Below the pieces are notes generated by a model that saw only the letters and a list, made by a program, of their open reading frames with translations, was not told the DNA's origin and searched no databases. A program made the position numbers and the translations under genes. Below, piece after piece: positions 22,201-30,285 of a stretch of 57,125 bases of DNA. The number at the start of each line of letters is the position of its first letter. The stretch's first letter is position 1. Origin of the DNA: a virus (Duplodnaviria > Caudoviricetes); the IMG/VR virus record IMGVR_UViG_3300033076_000756, positions 1 through 57,125 of that record; one strand, written 5' to 3'.

Positions 22201-22795
22201 GATAGACATCATATTTGGCTTTGGCTGCAGCTTTTGCTCTGCTCCATAGTTCAGGGTTGGTAGGCACATTACCGCCTTCTTTCATGTAGTCCATATCATT
22301 TGTCATTTCACCTCCTTCATCACGGCGTCTGTGTTGGTAAGGAATGCGCTCGCTAGAGGTTTTTGTTCTTTTAAATTTTTCTTTTTCTGAATCAGATAAC
22401 TCTGATGCAGTTTTAGGCGTGTCTTCAGATACACGTTTGCTGGGTCTGCATGCAGGATAGCTTCTGCGTTTCTCACCTTTCTGGCGTCCGCATTCTTTTC
22501 CTGTTTTTACGTCAACCCATTTCTCAGCAAACCATCTATCCAATCCACCATGCTGACCACCTTTGGCCATCTCAACCTGGGCTCTTTGTAAAAAGTCCTG
22601 AAGATTATAGCTTACCCCTTCTGCTTTAAAATCTGCTACCATGTTTTCAGCAATGGCTTTTCTGTTAGCAGGATCTTCTACCTGGGTCAGGATGTCTGCA
22701 ATACCTTCTACCATTTCACGGTCGTTCTCACCGCCTTCACGCATTTCCTGCTGGCGGCCAATGAACTTCATTAATATCTCATTCCTATTATACAT
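19220..22795 (-). CDS. Modular virion-associated protein (1191 aa) with ~19 Phi-x-x-G-G motifs separating small basic domains
   Basis: ORF track translation shows MREGG, MAKGG, MKEGG, MPEGG, FAMGG, MAEGG, YKTGG, FKNGG, WAEGG, FAFGG, FAEGG and others. Its start overlaps the upstream stop (TAATG). Confidence 0.75.
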   Translation of the reverse strand: MYNRNEILMKFIGRQQEMREGGENDREMVEGIADILTQVEDPANRKAIAENMVADFKAEGVSYNLQDFLQRAQVEMAKGGQHGGLDRWFAEKWVDVKTGKECGRQKGEKRRSYPACRPSKRVSEDTPKTASELSDSEKEKFKRTKTSSERIPYQHRRRDEGGEMTNDMDYMKEGGNVPTNPELWSRAKAAAKAKYDVYPSAYANGFAAKWYKEHGGGWKKAEYGGYMMPEGGPIVDPSNPVNPALTPEQQKYLAAKYAEADKVKQAAKAGNPNAKLYADQFKQKYNESWTCPSGNCPPITNDVASVSTAPISYTAPAAVAAPVQKNSQPVNKEVMQPMQTLRPGLITTTTATQQPELGYEESEGYTEGEPDGPGAEWVGRTERYIDWDGNSVGYRLPRFRKPGHGGDLIKKGKRRYFHYPSIESRYQAELVPEDGEFAMGGPTEPIKKAGEPVPMKSMYDYAMEQYKFLQNNPEAWKGDPDMTLPDGSLNLCLDCINVDWNNPQDVRDAHRLIEEGYSTGTHYGHDQFVAGLKAAGLSEPVYGAKRPAAQKKYGGCMECGGQMAEGGQMLEDPNTMGQNQQQSGIEAALNEVATMIMNGEDPESVVKEMMGEGVPQETAVQLVQEAMNRLQDDDETEEEDTPMSAEEIDELVSPMQGDEPDGNDYKTGGSIKLDPAKKGTFKAQATRMGMSVQEAATYILKNKEEFSPAMVKKANFAKNFAKELGGEMPEFKNGGGIPARYKKQGFTRVGAKRKSTRPGKKWMVLAKKGDQYKIVHGGYKGMKDYTQHHNNKRRDRFWDRMGGRDSAKARDPFSPLYWHKRFGTWAEGGPFMEGDTVVDQTTQHTVANLENNAWNRGLAAANTLGDPRMMAWALPNKGLLGKVKAAAGLASGLSGAILGYEKLFAGDKTDSKLANTNTGEYGNTADILDKRDQAARRAAMLAQKMPTSTLSPTSGSGLAGMEAQWKDKDVFGPGYLDAGFAFGGELPRADEGGDFREWFIKNAQRPDVMANAANQAKLMEMWRAETGQAAAAPVNTAGPRNTVPPTVTPTPAQTTVQGDPFQENQLFKFTERGDSVGMLAANNALAGFGMLNSVLGEEHRQKEYEQMMRRTGNSDARYKSYNPTNPFGNYTLNAGPASNFGLVANTPVQDFGTRMSGAKYGGQFAEGGEYYVSDKELKMILAMGGEIEFLD

Positions 22796-25700
22796 TACCT
22801 AGGGCTATTGAGTTGTTTTGTGTTTGTAAGCTTGAGGATCATTTTATAAGGACCGCTCACGTTTCTGCGTAGGATTACATAATTTCCGTAGTGACGGAAC
22901 TTCTTACGCTGTAGTGGTGACTTATAATAGTTCAGGTTTGCAGGATTGAGAATACGCTCATATCCAGAACATTTGGTATTCCAGATAGGAAGCTCTACCC
23001 CACTGAATTCTCCGCGGTCATTGGTTACATCCCAGAACTGGTTAAAGCGGAACTTGTTTTCCTCTTTACTGTACAGGATGTCAATACCATTGGCAGATAC
23101 CTGTGGATAGTTTACACCATCAAGCGGTGAATTCTTTCCTTTCAGGTTAAGTTTCAGTAAACCAGATACCTGCTCAGAGTTGTACACAATAGCGCGGTCA
23201 AAGTTCTGATCCAATGCGTGGTGGAAATCCTTACCATCATTGAAGTACTTGTAAACATCCATGTAATACTCAACATTTCTGAGTGTGGTAACCTGGTTTG
23301 GTGTTACTACAGGATATTCAACCTCCCATGCATAATCCTGGTCATAGTAGTTACAAAAGCTATCCCAACGGTCATTGTGTTTCCAGAAGGAATCACCGTT
23401 TACTGTAAGGAAATGCTGGTTACTAGGTATCATAAGAGATGGTCTCCAGTCATGGAAACTTACCCATACTTTAGTCTTAGGATCGTAACTAATGGTCCAT
23501 CCGCAAGGTTGGAAACATGTAGGATCATCATATTCACAAGGACATTTACCACTAGAGGTTTGTCCAGTACCTGGTACTGTTTTGGTACCGCAGTTATAGT
23601 AAGGTACTCCGGAAGGATCATCAAAGTAAAGATCCTCACGTAAAGGAATGTAGTCTTTCTTGGTAAAGTATACTAGCTCATACTGTGGATCATAGATAGC
23701 CTGAACTCCAATTCCTGCAACAGGGTTGTCATAAAGTGGATAATCAGGATAGATCTCAAGCATCTTGGACGGCAAGTTCTCATTAAACCAGAACTTCATA
23801 CCATTGCGAGAGATCTCTTCAATACTTCCTGCAAAGTGCATCACCTTACCGTTTTTCTGAGAAACCCAGAATAAACCAAACGGTGTGTTTACTGCAGCTC
23901 TTGAAGAAATACTTGCTCCATAGTTGATAGCGTCATCCGCATTGACAAGACCTTGCATGTTTCCAGCAAAGAGTCCACCATCACCAATGGTAACTTTTAC
24001 ACCACCTTTGGTTTGCAGCTGGTCAACACCTACAAACTGCACTGGCTCAGCATCTTCAAAAAGAACCACTGCACCAGTAGCATTGAGCGCTTTGATGTTG
24101 TTTATTCTTCCTCCGAAATCTTTATAGTTAAGAGGTAAGAAGTTTCTCCAGTTGTCTCTTTTGAGTCCTTCCTGCTGCTGGAGAGAATATATTGCACGCT
24201 TTGGATAGTACTCAAAGCACGTGGAATAAACTGCAGGGTTGTAGTCACGTGGGAGAATGACTCCCCAAGTCCCGAAATTGTTGAATAACTTGGATGCACT
24301 AAGCGATAAGTCGTACTCATGGTATATTGGTTTTTTGATGAGGTCAGAGCGGAACATGGTTTCCTCATCATTGAATGAGTTACCATATGGATCCCAGAAC
24401 TTCTGGTATTCTTCTTCTCCATAGTCACGGTAAGCCATGTTCAGTTCACTCTCAGTAAAGAAGTCACGCACCCCGTTGTGGAACAGGTATGCATACGCTT
24501 GTCTTACTGTAAGGAATCCTGATATAGCAGCATTACGGTCAAAACGGTGATAGCTGCTTGGAGAATTAAAGTCAATGATTGGTGAGTTGAGCAGACCGTT
24601 AGGGAACAACGAAAGGTTGAAATCCTCAAAGTCAAATGGCTCATAGTTTACCCAGTAACGTGGAGCAGGACCATTCACATAGTTACGGTAGTCGTAGTCT
24701 GTAGTGTCTGGCATATCATACATCCAGGTGTTGAAGAACATGTAAGGGTTCTTCTCTGTGTAACGGTTGATATACACATCCCCGCCAAAAATCACGTCTG
24801 TCTGGTGCAATGAAAAAATATCAGGCTTGGTGTTAAACACACAAGAACTGGTAGGAAGCTGTGTAATAGAAGTGAGCTGGCCGTACTGGTTTTCAAAATC
24901 TACCTTAATGGCACCATAGTAAGCCACTGTATTTGTTTTTACAGGGTTTCTTGTAGGATCTTTGTAGGTAATAGCTCCTGCACTTACTGCATCTTTTACA
25001 CGCACCTTGGTGTTATCCGTTCCTGCTACAGGATTAGGAAGGTTTGCTGTAAGTTTTACAGCTACATATTTGTTTCTGTAAAGGTTATTGATCTTGTAGG
25101 TAGCATCCAGGTCATGAACACCCGCACCAATGTACTTGGCACCAGATCCTTCCACTTTTCTTGTAAAGGATTTAGGTAGACCTGAAGGAACAGCTGTATT
25201 GGCTACAGGTGAAAAGCTTCCGTAAAACCCATGAGAGTTGTACTGGATCATGTACTGACGTGGCTTATTCACCTTGCGCAAAGTCTCAAGGACTTGGTTA
25301 GTTCCCTGGCCCAGGTAAAATGCAGAAGACGCAATTAATGCTGCAGCACCGGCTCCTGTACTTACAAGAGATCCTAATGGGTTGGTCCATCCTGCTGAAA
25401 TCAGGTTAGGGATGATCGTAGCTGGTGTAGACTCAATATCCTGACCTTGCTCTGTACCTGTGCCAAATGGTGCAAGCCATGCTCGTCCTACCGTGGTTGT
25501 TTTACCAACAGCAGCTAAAATGGCAAGTCCTGCACCCACTATTGCAGCAATGGTAAAGGCGCCATCTGTAAGGATCACATGTTTAGGGTGCTTGTAAGGA
25601 AATTGGAAGCGTCCTTCTACAGTACCACGCTCTTCTGTATAGATCTTGATATGGTTACCGCCTAGGTAAGGCTTCACAAAGTTTGTCTCTACTGAGTGGA

Positions 25701-27486
25701 AAGAGAATATGTTCTGCTTGTACTTGTCAAGTTTGGACATATTCTCAATTTGATTCACGCTACCAGAACCATCATCCAGCACTGTGTAGTCATCTGTCAA
25801 GAATGAGTCTGGACGAAGGTCATTATATGGGTAGTTCTGGAACAAGCCTTTTCTGCCAGTGTTCCCATCCATGGCATATTCCACCATGTTATTGAACAAC
25901 CCTTTAGCTACAATAGAGCGGTTGCCCTCACGTGAACCTCTAAGTATCTCATAACCAACGATATCCAGTATTGGAGCACCATTGCCATCCACTGGATGCT
26001 TGATATTTGAAAACTGAACTCCCAGCACTATGATCTTGTCACCACCCTGGTTGTGGATGTGTGTAGTCTCATTAGATGGCATTTTGTGGTGGCGGATAGG
26101 TTTGCCGCAAAGTGGTCCCCATACCTCCACGTTGTCATCAGGATAGCGCTCAGTGGATTCCCAGTAGCCCATCTTCCCTTTATTGATGATCACACCGCCA
26201 TCAGCTGTTATGCCGGTAGCTGTATACTTGGTGGACGTATCATAGACCTGCCAGGCTTTATTCTGCGCAGGATTGATCACATCAGGGGTAGAAACAGTGG
26301 TCACGTCTGTAGGCATGGCCACACGCCCTGGAATATGGAAAGAAGCGCTTCTGGCGCCAGTCTTGTATACCCAGCGGATAAAGAAAGGATACACCTCATC
26401 ACGCATGTAACCAGTATGGTTACCCCCGCCAAAGTAGTAGTCGCGTGGATATTCTACAGCCACCCATTCTGTAAGTATCTGATTTGCAAGAACTTGATAG
26501 TTAAAGTATGGCTGTGAAGTGACGCCTGTGCGTATGAGATAGCGGTTGATGTCAAACATCTTCTCACTTTTCTCATACACTACAGACTTGAGTGGAATCT
26601 GTGTAAGGTCAACCGTAGGCAGTGACTGCTGGATCAAGTCTACGTGAACCAGTTTCTGACGGGTTGAGTAATTACCAATCTTTTTGGCAATAGTTTGCTG
26701 GTTGATCACAGATATGATCACCAGCTCATATTCATTGAAGTCCTGGTCAAGATTGTCAATCAGTACATCAATGGATCCTCCAATACCAACATGATCCCAA
26801 AGACCCTGGGCAGCTGAAGGAATAGAATAATCTGTAAGACGTATAGCATTTTCTGTGTAAGCTACAACAGCAAGGTAGCTACCATTATTCAACTGTCCAG
26901 TACCTGTGGACTTCTGTACATGTACACATGGTTGTTTTACCAGTGGATGTAAACGTAAAGCGTCACAGTCAAGCTCATCAGAGTATTCAGGGGTGTAACA
27001 GTCCGGATCATCATTAGCATCCCCTATAACCTTGTAAGGAACTCTGTCAAGGTTCATCACACGGTCAGGGTTCAGATTGTCCTGCCAGTATACAGAATAG
27101 GTACAGTCATAGTTCTTTTTAGCTACACCTGTGATAAGGTTAGTCTTTTTGAAACCAAGACATGGATCATTTACTACAACAGTGTAGTTACATTTAGACT
27201 CATCCAGGATTCCAATTTCACTGTAAAGGTCATTGGTAGAGAATACTACCCATTCAGTGCCATATTTGTGCACCAGGCCAATGACAGTATAAGGAGCAGA
27301 TGCACAGTATCTGTTAGACGGCTCATTTCCAATAGAGCCAGTCTCACCAGTATGCGCGTTGTTTATCGCATTGATAGCGTTTGTCCAAAGACCATCTGAT
27401 ATGAAAATGTCAGTATAGTCTTTGACCATCCCCTTGTTGAAGGTGTTGGTCTTGCCGCTGCTGGTATTTTGTACATTCTCGCTCAT
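22795..27486 (-). CDS. Tail stabilisation / muzzle protein (crAss-like, P22 gp10-related; 1563 aa)
   Basis: N-terminal NTFNKGMVKD...NAIN motif, beta-rich aromatic composition, C-terminal WVSFHDW and FRFNQFWD. The position after the ring-protein genes matches crAss-like phages. Confidence 0.75.
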   Translation of the reverse strand: MSENVQNTSSGKTNTFNKGMVKDYTDIFISDGLWTNAINAINNAHTGETGSIGNEPSNRYCASAPYTVIGLVHKYGTEWVVFSTNDLYSEIGILDESKCNYTVVVNDPCLGFKKTNLITGVAKKNYDCTYSVYWQDNLNPDRVMNLDRVPYKVIGDANDDPDCYTPEYSDELDCDALRLHPLVKQPCVHVQKSTGTGQLNNGSYLAVVAYTENAIRLTDYSIPSAAQGLWDHVGIGGSIDVLIDNLDQDFNEYELVIISVINQQTIAKKIGNYSTRQKLVHVDLIQQSLPTVDLTQIPLKSVVYEKSEKMFDINRYLIRTGVTSQPYFNYQVLANQILTEWVAVEYPRDYYFGGGNHTGYMRDEVYPFFIRWVYKTGARSASFHIPGRVAMPTDVTTVSTPDVINPAQNKAWQVYDTSTKYTATGITADGGVIINKGKMGYWESTERYPDDNVEVWGPLCGKPIRHHKMPSNETTHIHNQGGDKIIVLGVQFSNIKHPVDGNGAPILDIVGYEILRGSREGNRSIVAKGLFNNMVEYAMDGNTGRKGLFQNYPYNDLRPDSFLTDDYTVLDDGSGSVNQIENMSKLDKYKQNIFSFHSVETNFVKPYLGGNHIKIYTEERGTVEGRFQFPYKHPKHVILTDGAFTIAAIVGAGLAILAAVGKTTTVGRAWLAPFGTGTEQGQDIESTPATIIPNLISAGWTNPLGSLVSTGAGAAALIASSAFYLGQGTNQVLETLRKVNKPRQYMIQYNSHGFYGSFSPVANTAVPSGLPKSFTRKVEGSGAKYIGAGVHDLDATYKINNLYRNKYVAVKLTANLPNPVAGTDNTKVRVKDAVSAGAITYKDPTRNPVKTNTVAYYGAIKVDFENQYGQLTSITQLPTSSCVFNTKPDIFSLHQTDVIFGGDVYINRYTEKNPYMFFNTWMYDMPDTTDYDYRNYVNGPAPRYWVNYEPFDFEDFNLSLFPNGLLNSPIIDFNSPSSYHRFDRNAAISGFLTVRQAYAYLFHNGVRDFFTESELNMAYRDYGEEEYQKFWDPYGNSFNDEETMFRSDLIKKPIYHEYDLSLSASKLFNNFGTWGVILPRDYNPAVYSTCFEYYPKRAIYSLQQQEGLKRDNWRNFLPLNYKDFGGRINNIKALNATGAVVLFEDAEPVQFVGVDQLQTKGGVKVTIGDGGLFAGNMQGLVNADDAINYGASISSRAAVNTPFGLFWVSQKNGKVMHFAGSIEEISRNGMKFWFNENLPSKMLEIYPDYPLYDNPVAGIGVQAIYDPQYELVYFTKKDYIPLREDLYFDDPSGVPYYNCGTKTVPGTGQTSSGKCPCEYDDPTCFQPCGWTISYDPKTKVWVSFHDWRPSLMIPSNQHFLTVNGDSFWKHNDRWDSFCNYYDQDYAWEVEYPVVTPNQVTTLRNVEYYMDVYKYFNDGKDFHHALDQNFDRAIVYNSEQVSGLLKLNLKGKNSPLDGVNYPQVSANGIDILYSKEENKFRFNQFWDVTNDRGEFSGVELPIWNTKCSGYERILNPANLNYYKSPLQRKKFRHYGNYVILRRNVSGPYKMILKLTNTKQLNSPR

Positions 27487-27869
27487 TAGTGGTGTAGCTG
27501 TATAGTAAACTCCTCTTTACCAAGGATCTTGTATATTTCTTGTGACAGATAGCCAATCAACCAGGCTCTGCTTTCATCGTCATTGATATCTATGTCATGG
27601 GTCATATTGGTTCCCAGGTGAAAGATCTCGTGCGCTATGAGATTGTGCGAGAGCTTGTCTTTTTGCAGTACAATATTGTACTGAAACTTGTCATCATGAC
27701 CAAGCTGAAAAACGCAACCATCACATCCGGTTACGTCTATCCTTATCTTCTTCTTCTCTAAGTACTCCTGCATGTAATCCATGTGTTCTACTACATAGAC
27801 AACCACACTGGTGTTATAGATAGGAATAGGTAGTGTCTTTTTGAAAATCTTTGCACATTCCTTCATCAA
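27486..27869 (-). CDS. Small zincin-like (HExxH) protein
   Basis: IAHEIFHL followed by DESRAWLIGY (third ligand Glu); coupled to both neighbours by overlapping start/stop codons. Confidence 0.6.
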   Translation of the reverse strand: MMKECAKIFKKTLPIPIYNTSVVVYVVEHMDYMQEYLEKKKIRIDVTGCDGCVFQLGHDDKFQYNIVLQKDKLSHNLIAHEIFHLGTNMTHDIDINDDESRAWLIGYLSQEIYKILGKEEFTIQLHH

Positions 27870-28963
27870 CTCTTAAACATATTGTAATACAAATGGTACT
27901 GTGCCTTTCTGTTCATTTCCCAAACCTTCTTCATCTCGTGGAAGTCTGGTGTGTTAATGAAAGAGAGCGCGTTGTTTCTGGCAGCACGGATGCGTTGTTC
28001 CGTCAGCTGCATTTTGTTTGCAGTATTCTCATCATTGATGAACAGGTTTTCAAATATGCGTTGTTTTAACGCATACTCATAATACTCATTCACCATAGGA
28101 TGATCCATTACAAGTAAGTTTCCATCATCGTCTTCCATCAAAGACTGATAGTTGAGAAAAACAACACCCTCATCAAAGTTTGTGACAAGGAAGCCGTTCT
28201 TGATGACAGCAGTGTGCCAGTCCTGGCTGTTCAAGTTGATACAGTCAGCAGAGACACTTTTAGATTTTTGAATGCGCATGGCCACCAGGTGTTTGTACGT
28301 GTGACGTCTTCCTGGTGTATTGTAGCTTACCACATGCTTGCCATCTGCATCCACAGAAAGCTCTGCAGAGTTTACACCGGTAAACAATGGGCGTGAAGCC
28401 ATTAGTATGATCTTGCAGTCTACAATAGGAACTGCAGCTTCAGAAATAATTTGGACCAGTGAGTTTGTAGGAGTAACAATGTTGAAAGAAAGGATCGTGT
28501 TATCTGGTCCAATGATCTGAATCAAAATGTTCTGAGAATCCAGGTTATGCTGAATATTGTTCACACCTGGGTTAATTGTCTGAATTACAGTCTGTTGACG
28601 TACCACATTACCCTGGCCAAACAAAGCTGCCTGCTGCCCAATTGAGGCTCCTTCAAGCAAACCTTCTGTATAGGTCTTTGTAGCGTGGTGATGATGGTGG
28701 TGGTCATGTACGTTATGACCCTCACAAAGCAGTGCAAAGTTGAGCACGTAAAAATCTTCAGGTAATCTACCTTTTCCTTTGTGGATCTCAATGGCTTTAG
28801 AGCGGCTAGGATTGACTTTTAAGCCAAGATCATAGTTCACCTTCATAGCCACCTTGATCAGCTGCTGTGGGTCAATCATTCCCTCCAGGTCAAACGTGCG
28901 CAGATCAATCTTGACACTGTCAAGCAAATCATCAAAAGTTCTGTATTGGATTTCAGTGTACAT
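27866..28963 (-). CDS. Tail ring/tubular protein with inserted domain and poly-His tract
   Basis: GKGRLPEDF and YQSLMEDDDGNLLV...YYEYALK motifs resemble crAss-like ring proteins; it lies between another ring gene and the muzzle gene. Confidence 0.6.
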   Translation of the reverse strand: MYTEIQYRTFDDLLDSVKIDLRTFDLEGMIDPQQLIKVAMKVNYDLGLKVNPSRSKAIEIHKGKGRLPEDFYVLNFALLCEGHNVHDHHHHHHATKTYTEGLLEGASIGQQAALFGQGNVVRQQTVIQTINPGVNNIQHNLDSQNILIQIIGPDNTILSFNIVTPTNSLVQIISEAAVPIVDCKIILMASRPLFTGVNSAELSVDADGKHVVSYNTPGRRHTYKHLVAMRIQKSKSVSADCINLNSQDWHTAVIKNGFLVTNFDEGVVFLNYQSLMEDDDGNLLVMDHPMVNEYYEYALKQRIFENLFINDENTANKMQLTEQRIRAARNNALSFINTPDFHEMKKVWEMNRKAQYHLYYNMFKS

Positions 28964-28965
28964 GA

Positions 28966-29637
28966 TTAGCGGGCTGTTTGTCTGTTATCGTGCTGTGCGT
29001 CTTGTGGGATCTGTAGCATAATGCCCAGGTCACGCATAACCAGTTGTTCAATTTCTGGGAACATGTACTCAGGTACATTGAAAGACTTATCCTGGATATA
29101 CTGGCAGTTGTCCGCAGGGTCACAGTTGTAATGACTGATGTCTCCTTCAAACACACCCTCTAAACGGACAGCATCCCACTCCATGTTAGGGAAGTAGAGA
29201 TATCCATCCAGGTACCAGTAGTATTTTTTCTTATTGTACTTGAATGTCTTTTGCTTGCTCATTTGCTCAAAAGACGTAGGGTACGTAGGAGTAAGCTCCT
29301 CAGAAAGGTCAATGGAAGTCACTGCACGTAACAGTGGGCCCCAGTAACCATCAATCATTTCAGGAAGTTTGTCTTTGGTGCGCTTGAAATAGCAGCCGGT
29401 ATCAATACCATGGCACTGTGCCTGGGCACGGTCCACCTCAATCAACTCAACAAAGTTGAGCGTTTGCCATACACTGTTAAAGCGAATGATGCGGTTGAGG
29501 TTGTCTTGTCTGCGCATGAGAAGCTTAGCGTGCTTCATCAGCTGGGAGTACAAAAAACGGTCAGTCAGGAAGGCGTCTTGCTTCACTGACTTGATCTGGT
29601 TGCGTACCCTTGAAATAACTTCTCCTATTGTAATCAT
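28966..29637 (-). CDS. Tail ring/tubular protein (P22 gp4-like)
   Basis: 223 aa with YYWYLDGYLYF...VRLEGVFE and C-terminal IPQD..HD pattern; crAss-like tail module order. Confidence 0.6.
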   Translation of the reverse strand: MITIGEVISRVRNQIKSVKQDAFLTDRFLYSQLMKHAKLLMRRQDNLNRIIRFNSVWQTLNFVELIEVDRAQAQCHGIDTGCYFKRTKDKLPEMIDGYWGPLLRAVTSIDLSEELTPTYPTSFEQMSKQKTFKYNKKKYYWYLDGYLYFPNMEWDAVRLEGVFEGDISHYNCDPADNCQYIQDKSFNVPEYMFPEIEQLVMRDLGIMLQIPQDAQHDNRQTAR

Positions 29638-29642
29638 CTAGG

Positions 29643-30224
29643 TCAGAGTTCAAATTCGTTATATGTGCTCATCTGTTGTTCTGCCACATCCATGTTCCTG
29701 AACTCTACCATGTTTTTGCGGTAGATGAAAGAAAGTTTGAGGCGCGGATCAACTTCTATGTAGCGTTTCCAATTCAAAGGGTAAGTCTTCCCTACTTCGC
29801 GCTTAAAAGCCCTGGTAGGAATAAATCCCCATAACTCGTGGTTTTTGAACCTGTACTTGGTTCCGTAGGTAGTGAAGAAGATCTTGGCCAGATAATTGTC
29901 ACTCTCCCAGTTGCGGTGTTCTATCACCTTGAGATAGTCCGCGCTCTTTTTAAAGTCCACGTTCTTTCTCTTTTTGGGAGGACAGGTACCTATGAACAAG
30001 TGACCTATCTGCTCTGGGATCTCTACCCCATCGCGGTTATCTATGGCTGCCTGCCAGACCTGACCATTGAAGGTCATGATAAGGTCCTTAAGCTGAGCAT
30101 TGGTAAGCTCTTTGGCTGCAGGGACTTTTTCTTTCAGGAGCTCATAGAACTCTGCGTTTAATGTGAAGTCAATTTGACGTCTAAAACGTGGTGCGTGAAG
30201 GTCGGGTTTACGTGCTTCTCTCAT
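29643..30224 (-). CDS. IHF/HU-like DNA-binding protein
   Basis: Basic 193-aa protein with GVEIPEQIGHLFI (HU/IHF arm-like) and F.PTRAFKR; conserved position before the tail ring genes in crAss-like phages. Confidence 0.5.
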   Translation of the reverse strand: MREARKPDLHAPRFRRQIDFTLNAEFYELLKEKVPAAKELTNAQLKDLIMTFNGQVWQAAIDNRDGVEIPEQIGHLFIGTCPPKKRKNVDFKKSADYLKVIEHRNWESDNYLAKIFFTTYGTKYRFKNHELWGFIPTRAFKREVGKTYPLNWKRYIEVDPRLKLSFIYRKNMVEFRNMDVAEQQMSTYNEFEL

Positions 30225-30231
30225 GATCCAC

Positions 30232-30254
30232 CTACAATAGAATTTACAAAAAAT
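30232..30254 (-). promoter_or_regulatory. Candidate late promoter (ATTTTTTGTAAATTCTATTGTAG)
   Basis: 23-nt exact duplicate of 35825-35847; lies immediately upstream of ATG 30224. Confidence 0.6.
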
Positions 30255-30285
30255 AATGGAGATTTGGAAGCCAGAGGTCTACAAA

